From Squalus acanthias (taxonomy: Eukaryota), in contig CM059445.1 in assembly GCA_030390025.1 (NCBI GenBank), positions 58,900,001 to 58,964,000 of the forward strand: a stretch of 64,000 nt of DNA. Direction: 5' to 3'. The notes beneath the pieces were generated by a model. That model worked only from the letters and a program-made list of their open reading frames with translations, was not told the origin of the DNA and searched no databases. The position numbers and the translations under genes are program-made. Below are positions 22,401-30,568 of the stretch, piece by piece. Within the stretch, counting starts at the first letter, position 1; each line of letters begins with the position of its first letter.

Positions 22401-24424
22401 TATACTTCCTCAGACTGAGGGTTGCCAACCCTCCAGGATTGCCCTGGAGTCTCCAGGAATAAAAGATTGATCTCCTGGGCACTGCTGGGAGCAACCCTGG
22501 AGAAAAATTATATGGGCACTAAAAAAATGTTTTTTTTCATATTCTTTGAACACTTTCGTTATAAAAATATTAGAGATGGGGGGATAAAAAAAAGGCTGTG
22601 TGACTGAGAGTCAAGAATCATCCCATTGGGTAATGAAGAGTCTGTTCGCTTTCCAATTGGCGCAGGAAGGCGATGTGCCGTGAGGGTGGTTGTGTCAGGG
22701 CGACCAATGGTGGGAGTGTGGGGGTTGGAGATGGGAGGGTCATGTGACGATACCTCCAGGAATACATCCAACCAGAGTTGGCAACCCTAGTCACTGCGCC
22801 AGCCAACTTTCTCCTCATTGGATGTCTGCATGAGTTGACATTTATAGAAAGAAGATCTTGCATTTATACAGTACCTTTCACTAACTCCCCAAAGCGCTCT
22901 ACAGCCAATGAAGTACTTTTTGAAGTGTGGTCACTGTTGTGATGTAGGAAACTCGGCAGCCAATTTGTGCACAGCAAGCTCCCACAAACAGCAATGAGAT
23001 AATGACCAAACAATCTGTTTTTAGTGATGTTGGTTGAGGGATAAATATTGGCCAGGACACCGGGGAGAACTCCCCTGATCTTCTTCGAAATAGTGCCCTG
23101 GGATCTTTTCTGTCCACCTGAGAGGGCAGATGGTGCATCAGTTTAACGTCTCCAAAAGACGGCGCTTCCAACCGTGCAGCACTCCCTCAGTATTGCATTG
23201 GAGTGTGGGCCTGGATTTTGTGCTGAAGGGCTGGATTTTGTCTTGGGGTCGGGTTGGGGTCGTGTCATCCGCATTTCGTGTTATCCACCCGCCTGAAATT
23301 GGATGTGGGAGATTGATGCAATTTTCACTTAATTGGGCAATTGAGTTCCAGCATGTGGGAACCCATGAACCAATTAGTGGTTTCAGTCTGAAAGTCGCCT
23401 CTGATGATGTCATCATTGTAGGTCAGAGACTGCCTGGTCTGGTCTCAGAGATTGCCTGGCCTTTGCTGTGAGAGGACCTGGATGCAAAATGAGCAGCATC
23501 TCAGCAGAGAGAGAGAGAGAATTTTTTTTTCCATCCAGGTCCTCCAAAGGCCAGGCAGTCTCTGAAGACATTCAGTGCAGCAGCATCAGAGGCGACTTTC
23601 AGACCTAATACTACTACTACCTTCATCACATCTCCGTTGTAATAGTGGACCTGCAGCTGATAGTCAGCTATCCACTTGTGCTCCCGCCAGGTTTCACTGG
23701 CGTGTTTCACATCAGGTGTGCTTCACGTCAGAAAAGGGTTAAACTAGCTAAAACGTTTCAAAATGGCATTACAGAGCCAATTTAAGGCTTGTTAAGGGCT
23801 TTAATGGCCTCTCCCACCTCTTGGAGGCGGGACGGAGTCGGGAACACTGCACACGATTTTATCAAAATTGCGTGGAGGCGGGTTGGAGGCGGGATGGGGT
23901 CGGGACCCCTGAATCTGGAACTTTAACCCCCCACAGGCCTCCAAACCGACTCCACGGGTCATTGAAAACCCAGCCCGAAGGCTCTGGAGTGGGTCTTAAA
24001 CCCACAACCTTCCTGACTCAGAGGTGAGAGGGCAACCCACTTGAGCCACGGCTGACGCAGAAAGGGGCTGTGATTCTGTTACACCCTGTGTATTACAAAG
24101 TAATTGCAATCCGTTCCTGGCACATACCGTGGCTGGCGCATATTGTGGGGGCAATTTTGCGGGGTTGTGCTACTCCCTGGGGCGTCTCGCCCACCTGCCG
24201 AGCATTTCGGAAGATCGTGGCTGTCCCAGGTTGAGCTGTTCTGACCATTTGGGAAAACTCAGAAAAATGTGTAAATTATTCCTGCGTGCTTTGTAACTAT
24301 TGTTTTCCTGTCTCTCGTTTGTCTCCAGCGCTCATTCTTAGGAACCGGGAAATCAGACAACCAGTTTACTAATCCAATGGTACTCAACAATCCCGTTTAC
24401 GGAGAGCATTCCCACCAGGTGTAG
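4384..24424 (+). CDS. JAML: JAML/AMICA1-like single Ig-V domain type I membrane protein, 7 coding exons, 286 aa (join 4384-4435,14309-14478,16283-16499,17106-17271,17381-17414,21541-21666,24329-24424)
   Basis: Exons join by GT-AG with consistent phases (1,0,1,2,0,0) into 861 nt without internal stop: signal peptide, Ig-V (LDC..LEW..RLQWVGDIGQNNGSILI..DTGNFTC), TM helix, tail. Segments FHYQNLS, GDIxxNxGS and CDMRIPRMSSSIYKSSTHLTVL resemble recalled human JAML (YYYSNLS, GDILCNDGS, CEIRLKGESQVFKKAVVLHVL); the tail has a YxTM motif; gene lies directly upstream of SCN2B in the same orientation, as human JAML does. Confidence 0.78.
4540..4870 (+). mobile_element. hAT-like MITE (TAGGGTTGCCAAC family), right end degraded
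   Basis: AGGGTTGCCAAC left end; colinear with copies at 22418 and 59520. Confidence 0.7.
5002..5343 (-). mobile_element. CR1 LINE 3' fragment
   Basis: TRGH.LRIRG...[17 protein letters not shown]; AAGAACAT tail repeat. Confidence 0.88.
5660..7040 (+). repeat. Compound G/A-rich minisatellite: about 36-bp unit (5660-6660) then about 20-bp unit (6660-7040)
   Basis: Units GGGAAGGGGAGGGGATTGAGAGAGGGGGGGTCGATC and GGGGAACAGGAGGGGGGGA. Confidence 0.95.
7372..7970 (-). mobile_element. SacSINE1-like DeuSINE interrupted by a CR1 3' fragment (about 7690-7818, + strand)
   Basis: The SINE body resumes at tctcatctgaaagacagcacc after the CR1 tail piece. Confidence 0.78.
8212..8387. mobile_element. Small palindromic MITE family C (about 175 bp)
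   Basis: GGGGCAATTTTAA...TTAAAATGACTCC hairpin-like element interrupting an old CR1 fragment; homologous to 56543-56718. Confidence 0.65.
8454..8915 (-). mobile_element. CR1 LINE 3' fragment
   Basis: Same family as 5002-5343. Confidence 0.85.
9578..10835 (+). mobile_element. CR1 LINE, RT to 3' end, degenerate
   Basis: [54 protein letters not shown]. Confidence 0.9.
10877..12331 (-). mobile_element. Penelope-like element, 5'-truncated (RT C-terminus, GIY-YIG endonuclease, 3' pLTR)
   Basis: ORF 11375-12289 with NVVYLIRC..WYIGET..LRQRMNEH GIY-YIG signature and Cys linker; frameshift near the C-terminus; TSD TGTAAACTAA at 10867-10876 and 12332-12341. Confidence 0.93.
10927..10964 (-). ncRNA. 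Minimal type I hammerhead ribozyme in Penelope pLTR
   Basis: Minus strand UCAC-CUGAGGA-A-GGAGC-GAUA-GUUCC-GAAA-GC-UU-GUGA: CUGANGA and GAAA core, stems I and II pair, palindromic AAGCUU in place of stem III. Confidence 0.8.
12637..14205 (+). repeat. About 69-70 bp tandem repeat, about 22 copies
   Basis: Unit GGGAGTGAGTTACAGGCTGGAATCTAATCGAGGGGTTCGGGGGGTTTATATATAGAATAACAGATACCC, with a variable G run. Confidence 0.97.
14309..14478 (+). CDS. JAML: JAML-like Ig-V domain, N-terminal half exon
   Basis: ctctacag| acceptor; DIRSISAVGISTPTYLFVKEGMELRLDC...KLEWHHTPDSGAEEDL; phase-0 donor TTG|gtgagt. A mid-domain split is typical of the MPZ/SCNxB/JAML family. Confidence 0.88.
14730..14835 (-). mobile_element. 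Possible Tx1/L1-type LINE extreme 3' fragment
   Basis: Minus strand reads VFRDRWAPQGLECIITP followed by a T-rich UTR, like recalled C-termini of fish Tx1 ORF2. Confidence 0.45.
15376..15670 (-). mobile_element. Unassigned tRNA-headed SINE-like repeat
   Basis: B-box-like TTCAAATCCCACC on the minus strand near 15620-15632; its 3' side joins a LINE-tail fragment at about 15305-15375. Confidence 0.45.
15680..16246 (+). repeat. 67-bp tandem repeat, about 8.5 copies
   Basis: Unit GGGAGTGTTTGATGGGACAGTGTAGAGGGAGCTTTACTCTGTATCTAACCCGTGCTGTACCTGCCCT. Confidence 0.97.
16283..16499 (+). CDS. JAML: JAML-like Ig-V domain, C-terminal half exon
   Basis: Long polypyrimidine tract then cacag|; IFFHYQNLS...RLQWVGDIGQNNGSILITKVECNDTGNFTC...THLTVLCK; phase-1 donor G|gtaatg. 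Confidence 0.9.
16520..17025 (+). repeat. 45-bp tandem repeat, about 11 copies
   Basis: Unit GGGATTCTATACACTGGGAGTGAATGGGAAAGGGTTTGGTCCATT. Confidence 0.95.
17106..17271 (+). CDS. JAML: JAML-like stalk and transmembrane exon
   Basis: ttcccttcag| acceptor; IIIYATVGVFTLFVALSILVIMW followed by RKR stop-transfer; phase-2 donor AG|gtatac. Confidence 0.85.
17381..17414 (+). CDS. JAML: JAML-like 34-nt cytoplasmic micro-exon (RKNDPGALENSE)
   Basis: Pyrimidine tract and tacacag| acceptor, GAG|gtaagg donor; converts phase 2 to phase 0 exactly as the next exon requires. Confidence 0.72.
17600..18135 (+). mobile_element. Old CR1-type LINE 3' fragment with long 3' UTR
   Basis: GDLIEVY, RGHKFKL..., FPQRI..LWNRLP remnants. 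Confidence 0.6.
18226..19117. mobile_element. MITE family B (PIF/Harbinger-like non-autonomous)
   Basis: TIR GGGGGGAAAATT...AATTTCTCCCCC, TSD ATA, CpG-rich subterminal palindromes. Confidence 0.82.
19150..19630 (-). mobile_element. CR1 LINE 3' fragment
   Basis: LEKAQKRFT.IIPEL...[17 protein letters not shown]. Confidence 0.8.
19868..20880 (+). repeat. 35-bp tandem repeat, about 29 copies, more diverged at the 5' end
   Basis: Unit TACTGGAGGGATGGGCTTCAATGGGAGAGTTGGGG. Confidence 0.95.
21085..21425 (-). repeat. Old dispersed SINE-like family (related pieces at about 3436-3760, 7270-7350, 12342-12530, 26210-26350, 60970-61215)
   Basis: Recurrent diverged blocks TTCTTCATxTxTGAG, TCCAGxAGGGGTCAC..GATCAGGAG..GGAACCC..GCTGA, CCTTCCTGGTC. 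Confidence 0.5.
21541..21666 (+). CDS. JAML: JAML-like cytoplasmic exon with YFTM and YVTM motifs
   Basis: aatcag| acceptor (weak pyrimidine tract), 42 open codons ending EDEIYVTM, donor ATG|gtaaga. Confidence 0.75.
22418..22789 (-). mobile_element. hAT-like MITE (TAGGGTTGCCAAC family)
   Basis: TIR AGGGTTGCCAAC...GTTGGCAACCCTA. Confidence 0.8.
22845..24057 (-). mobile_element. SacSINE1-like DeuSINE split by MITE A (23228-23976)
   Basis: SINE tail and body on the left, tRNA-like head on the right of the MITE. Confidence 0.8.
23228..23976. mobile_element. MITE family A (PIF/Harbinger-like non-autonomous), inserted in a DeuSINE
   Basis: TIR GGGCTGGATTTT...AAAACCCAGCCC, 3-bp TSD GAA. Confidence 0.82.
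24329..24424 (+). CDS. JAML: JAML-like last coding exon (RSFLGTGKSDNQFTNPMVLNNPVYGEHSHQV*)
   Basis: Strong acceptor tctctcgtttgtctccag|, phase-0 frame ending TAG 24422-24424, AT-rich UTR and AATAAA downstream. Confidence 0.75.
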   Translation, partial: RSFLGTGKSDNQFTNPMVLNNPVYGEHSHQV

Positions 24425-24717
24425 TTTCCCACTCGACGGGTTTTCCAGCAGATCGTTTGAATTTTTTGAGGCTGTATTCAATCATCATTTTATTAACGCC
24501 CACAATTCTTCAAGAATATGTCGAACGGATTTGGTTTGACGGAGTGAGTGAGAGATTCTTTCAGCAACACTGGTTCCCTAAGCTCTGGGGTTTTTTTTTT
24601 AAACCCCTTCGAATCAAACTGGTTCCGTTTTATTGCATTAAGAAGCACAAACTGCACTTCTGGCTCCAACTTTAAAAATATTCCATTTTAATGTTTGCAA
24701 GGACATAACTGTGAATT

Positions 24718-24723
24718 AATAAA
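24718..24723 (+). terminator. Polyadenylation signal of the JAML-like gene
   Basis: AATAAA about 295 nt after the stop, followed by a GT/T-rich downstream element. Confidence 0.6.
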
Positions 24724-24803
24724 TGCTGCGTTTCGTCCATTTCTTTAGTTCCGGTTTATGATGTTAAGGGGACACTGTCTCCTTGAAAAACTGTGTGTTA
24801 AAC

Positions 24804-25414
24804 AGTCCGTAAGGGGGACCCCGAGCTCCCGGTTGCCTGTCACTTTAATTCACCGTTTCACTCCCACTCTGACCTCACCGTCCTCGGCCTATTACACTGT
24901 TCCACGGCAGCGCAGCGTAAGCTCGAGGAACAGCACCTCATCTTTCGTTTAGGCATGCTACAGCCCTCTGGACTCAATATCGAGTTCAACAATTTTAGAT
25001 CATAACCTCAGCTCCAATCACATTTATATTTTATTTTTTCCACCCTTTTATTTGCCCCCCCCCCCACACCTTTTTTTCCCTCCTAGAAGCTGGCAGCTGT
25101 CCTTCATTCTGCCAGTGGATTTCACACTTCTTTCAGCCTTAATCTGTCACATTAACACCTCCTCTAGCCTTGCATATCTTATTAATGTCTCTTCATCTCC
25201 CCCTTTGTTCCTTTATCCCCTCCCCCTTTTCCCAGCTTTACCCTGGCCTTAAATCTATTTGATTTCCGGCTCTTCCCAGTTCTGACGAAAGGTCATCGAC
25301 CTGAAACGTTAACTCGGTTTCTCTCTCCACGGATGCTGCCTGGCCTGCTGAGTTTTTCCAGCGTTTTCTGTTGTTATTTCGGATTTCCAGCATCCGCAGT
25401 ATTTTGCTATCGTA
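24804..25414 (+). mobile_element. Penelope-like element (second family), 3' fragment
   Basis: 24805-25005 reads VRKGDPELPVACHFNS..HSHSDLTVLGL...RKLEEQHLIFRLGMLQPSGLNIEFNNFRS* (GIY-YIG C-terminus); TSD TGTGTGTTAAAC at 24792-24803 and 25415-25426. Confidence 0.88.
25278..25314 (+). ncRNA. Minimal type I hammerhead ribozyme in Penelope pLTR
   Basis: AGUU-CUGACGA-A-AGGUC-AUC-GACCU-GAAA-CG-UU-AACU: intact core, perfect stems I and II, palindromic AACGUU. Confidence 0.83.
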
Positions 25415-25721
25415 TGTGTGTTAAACTTGTTTTCTATTTTGTTTAGAAGTTGGGGGGGGGGGGGAGGGGGTGGAAAGGTCAAAATGTGTTATTTTTACTT
25501 TGAGCTCAGATGTGTTTCCATGGCGCTTTTCAATCTGATTTCTGTTCCATGGGGAACTTGTAACCAAACAAAAAAGTTTGCCATCACTCGTGAAGTATGC
25601 ACCCCTTTAACATAGTTCTTCATTGTAGTATTAAACTGTGTGGCTTGTTGGTGTAGAACCTCAAAGAGGAAATATTCAGAGTCGCCACACAGCCTTTTCT
25701 CCTCGGATTTCTCCCCCTCCT

Positions 25722-26151
25722 AGAAAAGAAATAACTTGCATTTATATAGCGCCTTTCATGACCTCAGATGTCCCAAAGCATTTTACAGCCAATGAAGTAC
25801 TTTTTGAAGTGTAGTCGCTGTTGTTATATAGGAAACGCAGCAGCCAATCTGCACACAGCAAGCTCCCACAAACAGCAACGTGATAATGACCAGATAATCT
25901 GTTTTTAGTGATGTTGGTCGAGGGATAAATATTGGCCCCAGGACACCGGGGAGAACGTGTAGTTCTTCTTTGAATTGTGCCATGGGATCTTTTACATCTA
26001 CCTGAGAGTGCAGATGGAGCCTTGGTTTAATGTCTCATCCAAAAGACGGCACCTCCGACAGTGCTGCTCTCCCTCAGTACTGCACTGGGAGTGTCAGCCT
26101 AGATTTTGTGCTCAAGTCCCTGGAAGTGGGGCTTGAACCCACAACTTTTTG

Positions 26152-26185
<34 letters not shown>

Positions 26186-26193
26186 GGCTGACA
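25722..26193 (-). mobile_element. SacSINE1-like DeuSINE, full length
   Basis: Complete tRNA head, Deu-domain and AAAGGCGCTATATAAATGCAAGT tail on the minus strand. Confidence 0.85.
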
Positions 26194-27712
26194 TGTCCCC
26201 TGATTACTAGCCCTCCCCTCTGATGTCTTTCCAAAAGGGGTCGCTGGATAGTACTCAGGAACAGCATCACCGCCTCTCAAATGCAGTGACACTGAAGCCA
26301 ATTGAAGCAACCAGCCACTTGCCCTAGTTAGAATCAGCGAACTCAGCGTATACCAGCAGTCGTAATATCTTTACAAATGATGGTGGAAGTGAGAGTGTAG
26401 GTGTACCAGAGAAGGTCAAGGAACAATGGATTATAATTGTAGAAAAGGAAATAGATTCTGAAAAAAATTAGCAGAACTCACGGTGGATAAGTCACTGGGC
26501 CCTGACCACATGCACCTTAGGCTGCTGAAAGAAGTTGTAGAAGGTTGGGCCACAATTTCTCATTAAATGTACAAGTTGTGTTGTGGGGCTGGAGGGTAAT
26601 GAATATAACATTCGTGTTCAAGAATGGAGATAAACCAGGTAACTACAGACCACTGAGTCTAACGTCAGTTCTAGGCGATTCTTCGAATCCATTATTTGAG
26701 ATCAAATTAATGACCATCTAGAAATGAAAGGGTTAATCGAGGTCAACCAGCATGGATTTGAATCATAGAATCATAGAAAGTTACAGCACAGAAGGAGGCC
26801 ATTTCGGCCCATCGTGTCCGCGCCGGCCAACAAAGAGCTATCCAGCCTAATCCCACTTCCCAGCTCTTGGTCCATAGCCCTGCAGGTTACAGCATCCCAA
26901 GTGCACATCCAAGTACTTTTTAAATGTGGTTAGGGTTCCTGCCTCTACCACCCTTTCAGGCAGTGAGTTCCAGACCCCCACAACCCTCTGGGTGAAGAAA
27001 TTTCCCCTCAAATCCCCTCTAAACCTTCCACCAATTACTTTAAATCTGTGCCCCCTGGTTTTTGACCCCTCTGCTAAGGGAAATAGGTCCTTTCTATCCA
27101 CTTTATCTATGCCCCTCATAATTTTGTACACCTCAATAAGGTTTTCCCTCAGCCTCCTCGGTTCCAAGGAAAACAGACCCAGCCTATCCAGTCTTTCCTC
27201 ATAGCTAAGATTCTCTACTCCCGGCAACATCCTCGTAAATCTCCTCTGTACCCTCTCTCATGCAATCACATCTTTCCTGTAATGTGGTGACCAGAACTGC
27301 ACGCAGTACTCTAGCTGAGGCCTAACTAGTGTTTTATACAGTTGAAGCATAACCCCCCTGCTCTTGTATTCTATACCACGGCTAATAAAGGCAAGCATTC
27401 CGTATGCCTTCTTAACCACCTTATCTACTTGGCCTGCTACCTTCAGGGATCTGTGGACATGCACTCCAAGGTCCCTTTGTTCCTCTACACTACTCAGTGT
27501 CCTACCATTTCATGTGTATTCCCTTTCCTTGTTAGCCCTCCCCAAATGCATTACCTCACACTTCTCCGGATTGAATTCCATTTGCCACTGTTCTGCCCAC
27601 CTGACCAATTTATTGATCTCTTCCTGCAGTCTACAGCTTCCTTCTTCAGCATCAACCACACAGCCGATTTTAGTATCATCTGCAAACTTCTTAATCATAC
27701 CCCCTATATTCA

Positions 27713-27843
27713 TGATGTGGAGATGCCGGCGTTGGACTGGGGTGGACAAAAATGAGAAGTCGCACAACACCAGGTTATAGTCCAACAGATTTATTTAAAA
27801 TTACAAGCTTTCGGAGCTGTCGCCCCTTCCTCAGGTAGAGTTA
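27713..27843 (-). mobile_element. 131-bp solo Penelope pLTR-like insertion inside a CR1 RT ORF
   Basis: Homologous to 10880-10964; 12-bp TSD CCCCTATATTCA at 27701-27712 and 27844-27855; removing it restores the CR1 reading DLDLNIGGMI. Confidence 0.88.
27802..27837 (-). ncRNA. Minimal type I hammerhead ribozyme
   Basis: Minus strand UAC-CUGAGGA-A-GGGGC-GACA-GCUCC-GAAA-GC-UU-GUA; stems covary with the 10927-10964 copy. Confidence 0.78.
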
Positions 27844-30489
27844 CCCCTATATTCAAGTCAAGATCGTTGACATATACCACAAAAAGCAAGGGACCTAGTA
27901 CTGAGCCCTGCGGAACCCCACTGGAAACAGCCTTCCAGTCACAAAAACACCCATCAACCATTACCCTCTGCTTCCTGTCTCCGAGCCAGTTTTGAATCCA
28001 CCTTGACACTTTGCCCTGGATCCCATGGGCTTTTAACTTCATGAATAGACTGCCATGTGGAACCTTATCAAAAGCCTTGCTAAAGTCCATATACACTACA
28101 TCAAACGCACTACCCTCATCTACCCTCCTTGTTACCTCCTCAAAAAATTCAATCAAGTTTGTCAGACACGACCTTCCCTTAACAAATCCGTGCTGACTAT
28201 CCTTGATTAATCCGTGTCTTTCTAAATGAAGATTTATCCTGTCCTTCGGAATTCTTTCCAATAATTTCCCCACCACTGAGGTTAGGCTGACTGGCTTGTA
28301 ATTACTCGGACTATCCTTTTCTCCCTTTTTAAACAAGGGAACCACATTAGCAGTCCTCCAGCACCACACCTAAAGCTAGAGAGGATTGAAAAATGATGGT
28401 CAGGGCCTCTGCTATTTCCTCTTTTGCTTCGCTTAACAGCCTGGGATACATTTCATCCGGGCCTGGGGATTTATCCACTTTTAAAGCTGCTAAACCCCTT
28501 AATATTTGTTGAAGGCAAGTCGCGATTGCCAAATTTAATAGTTTTTTTTGAAGAAGCGACTGATTGGCTAGATAAAGGGAATCCAGGTAGATGTAGTGAA
28601 TGTGGATTTTTCAGGTGACTTTTGATATGGAGTCTCACAGGAGGCTTGTTACAAAAATTCAGGCTTCTTTTATAGAAGGAGATGTAACAGCACAGATAGA
28701 AAGTTGGTTGATGGATAGAAAGTGGGGTAAATGGATATTGCGCGGACCCACATGGGATCCACTTGCGTTCTCGGTATGTGTAGATGATTTGGGTTTAGGA
28801 ATAGGGAGCACGATATTGAACAACACAAAAGTGGGGGGGGGGGTTTCAAGCAGTGAGGAGGACTGTAAAAGACTTCAAGACATTAGTGGAATGGGCAGGC
28901 CTGGTGGCAGATACAATTTAATGTGTGAGGTAAAACATTTTGGGGAGCAAAAACAAGTAATGGGGAGTAGACAGTCAATGGAAAAATACTGAAGGGCGTG
29001 GATGAACAGAGACCCAAGGGTTCAAATACAGAATTACCTGAAGGTGCGAGTGCAGTAGATAAACCATTAAAAGGCCAACACATTTGGGGTTTTATAAATG
29101 GGGCACAGACTGAAACAGTAAAGGAGATGAGGATAAATTTGTACAGGGCCACAGTCAGTGCACTGTGTGCGGTTTTTGGGCAGCCTATTATAGAATGGAC
29201 ATTAAAGCCATAGAGTGCACACATTAAATTGCATCTGCCACCTCTCTGCCCATTCCAATAATGTCTGGAAGTATTTTACATACCTCCTCACAGCTTGAAA
29301 ATCCTCCACTTTTGTGTTGTTCAATATCATACAGTGCAGATTCACCAGGATGATAACAGAGATAGGAAACTATAGTTATAGCGAGAGACTCGAGATACTG
29401 AGATACTCAATATTTATTGACACTTGAGATACCGGGCCAAATGGCCTACTCCTGCTCCTATTTCTTATTTCCACAGTGGCAAAGAAAGCTAAGAGGATTC
29501 AGTAGAGGGCTTTAAAATTGAGGGGTTTTGATAGAATGAATAGGGAAAGATGATCAAAGAGGGAGAGGAAGAAGAGGGAGTGGGGGAAGGGGAGAGGGAG
29601 AGAGAAGGGGAGGGAGTAGCAAAAGGAAGATGGGGAAGGAGAAGGGAGTGGGAGAAGAGGGAGTGAGAAAGAGAATGGGGAGAAGGGAAGGGGAGAGAGG
29701 GGAAGGAATGCAAACTCAAACTGCAGCTAGATCCAGGGGCAATGAGATGGAGGTAAATTCAGTGATTTGGGGGAGGGATTAAATCATCATTTAGATTATA
29801 AACTTTAATATATAAAAAACAACTCTGAATGTAAAGGAAATAAATAGGCAAGTCAGGTCTGTATAATTTTAATTTCAGAATGTATTTCACACAGTATTTA
29901 CAGCACAGAAACAGGCCATTCAGCCCAACAGGTCGCTGCTGGTATTTATGCCCCACACCAGCCTCCTCCCTCCCCTCTTCATCTCACCCCATCAACACAT
30001 CCTTCTATTCCTTTCTCCCTCGTGTGTTTATCGAGTTCCCCTTAAATGCAACTACGCTAGGCAACTTTAAATGGTTAATTTCCTGTGGTTTTTCCGCCCC
30101 TCACAGCCCAAATATGGACCTGAAAAATATGGAGGGATAAATAATTCTGGCTCCCAGTAACAGGGCTCCTGTTAATTAATAGCAGTTTGCAGATTCTGAT
30201 GATTTGCTTTTTTCTATTCTCGTTATTATTTCACCCCCACCCAGCCACCCACAGCACATTGATTTCTCAGTGAACAGAACTGCCGTTGTCTCTCACCTCC
30301 TCCAAAGCACCGAATGAACCCCCTTCCCATTTCCAGCAAACACACATCCAGCCATATTGAACCTCGGTTCAAGCCTCTGCCGAGCAGCCCGGCGCTGAGA
30401 CAGAGCGAGAGAGAGAGAGTTCGAGTTCTGTACCTCCCATCATCACCGCCTCCTTCCTTCCCCGGCTCTCCATCGCTGGGAAATTCGCA

Positions 30490-30568
30490 ATGAAAGTTAA
30501 TGCCAGACCGGCTCTCCCTCTGCTGCATTTCGGCTTGGTCGGGCTGATGCTGCTGTCCAGCGGCTGGG
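30490..30568 (+). CDS. SCN2B: SCN2B exon 1 (signal peptide [26 protein letters not shown])
   Basis: ATG in GC-richer unique DNA, hydrophobic leader with RPA as in mammalian beta-2, phase-1 donor G|gtaagt matching the exon 2 phase. Confidence 0.85.

Larger units (their letters stand above)
26760..28503 (-). mobile_element. Younger CR1 LINE, RT to 3' end
   Basis: ORF pieces 28347-28532, 27791-28369, 27510-27785, 27258-27464, 26847-27230 with full RT motifs; (ATAGAATC)n tail. Confidence 0.93.
26370..29530 (+). mobile_element. Old CR1 LINE split by a younger minus-strand CR1
   Basis: Degenerate DKS.GPD, GNYRPLSLTSV and QHGF at 26480-26760, continuing as V.GKS.L.NL..FFEE at 28505 onward. Confidence 0.7.
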
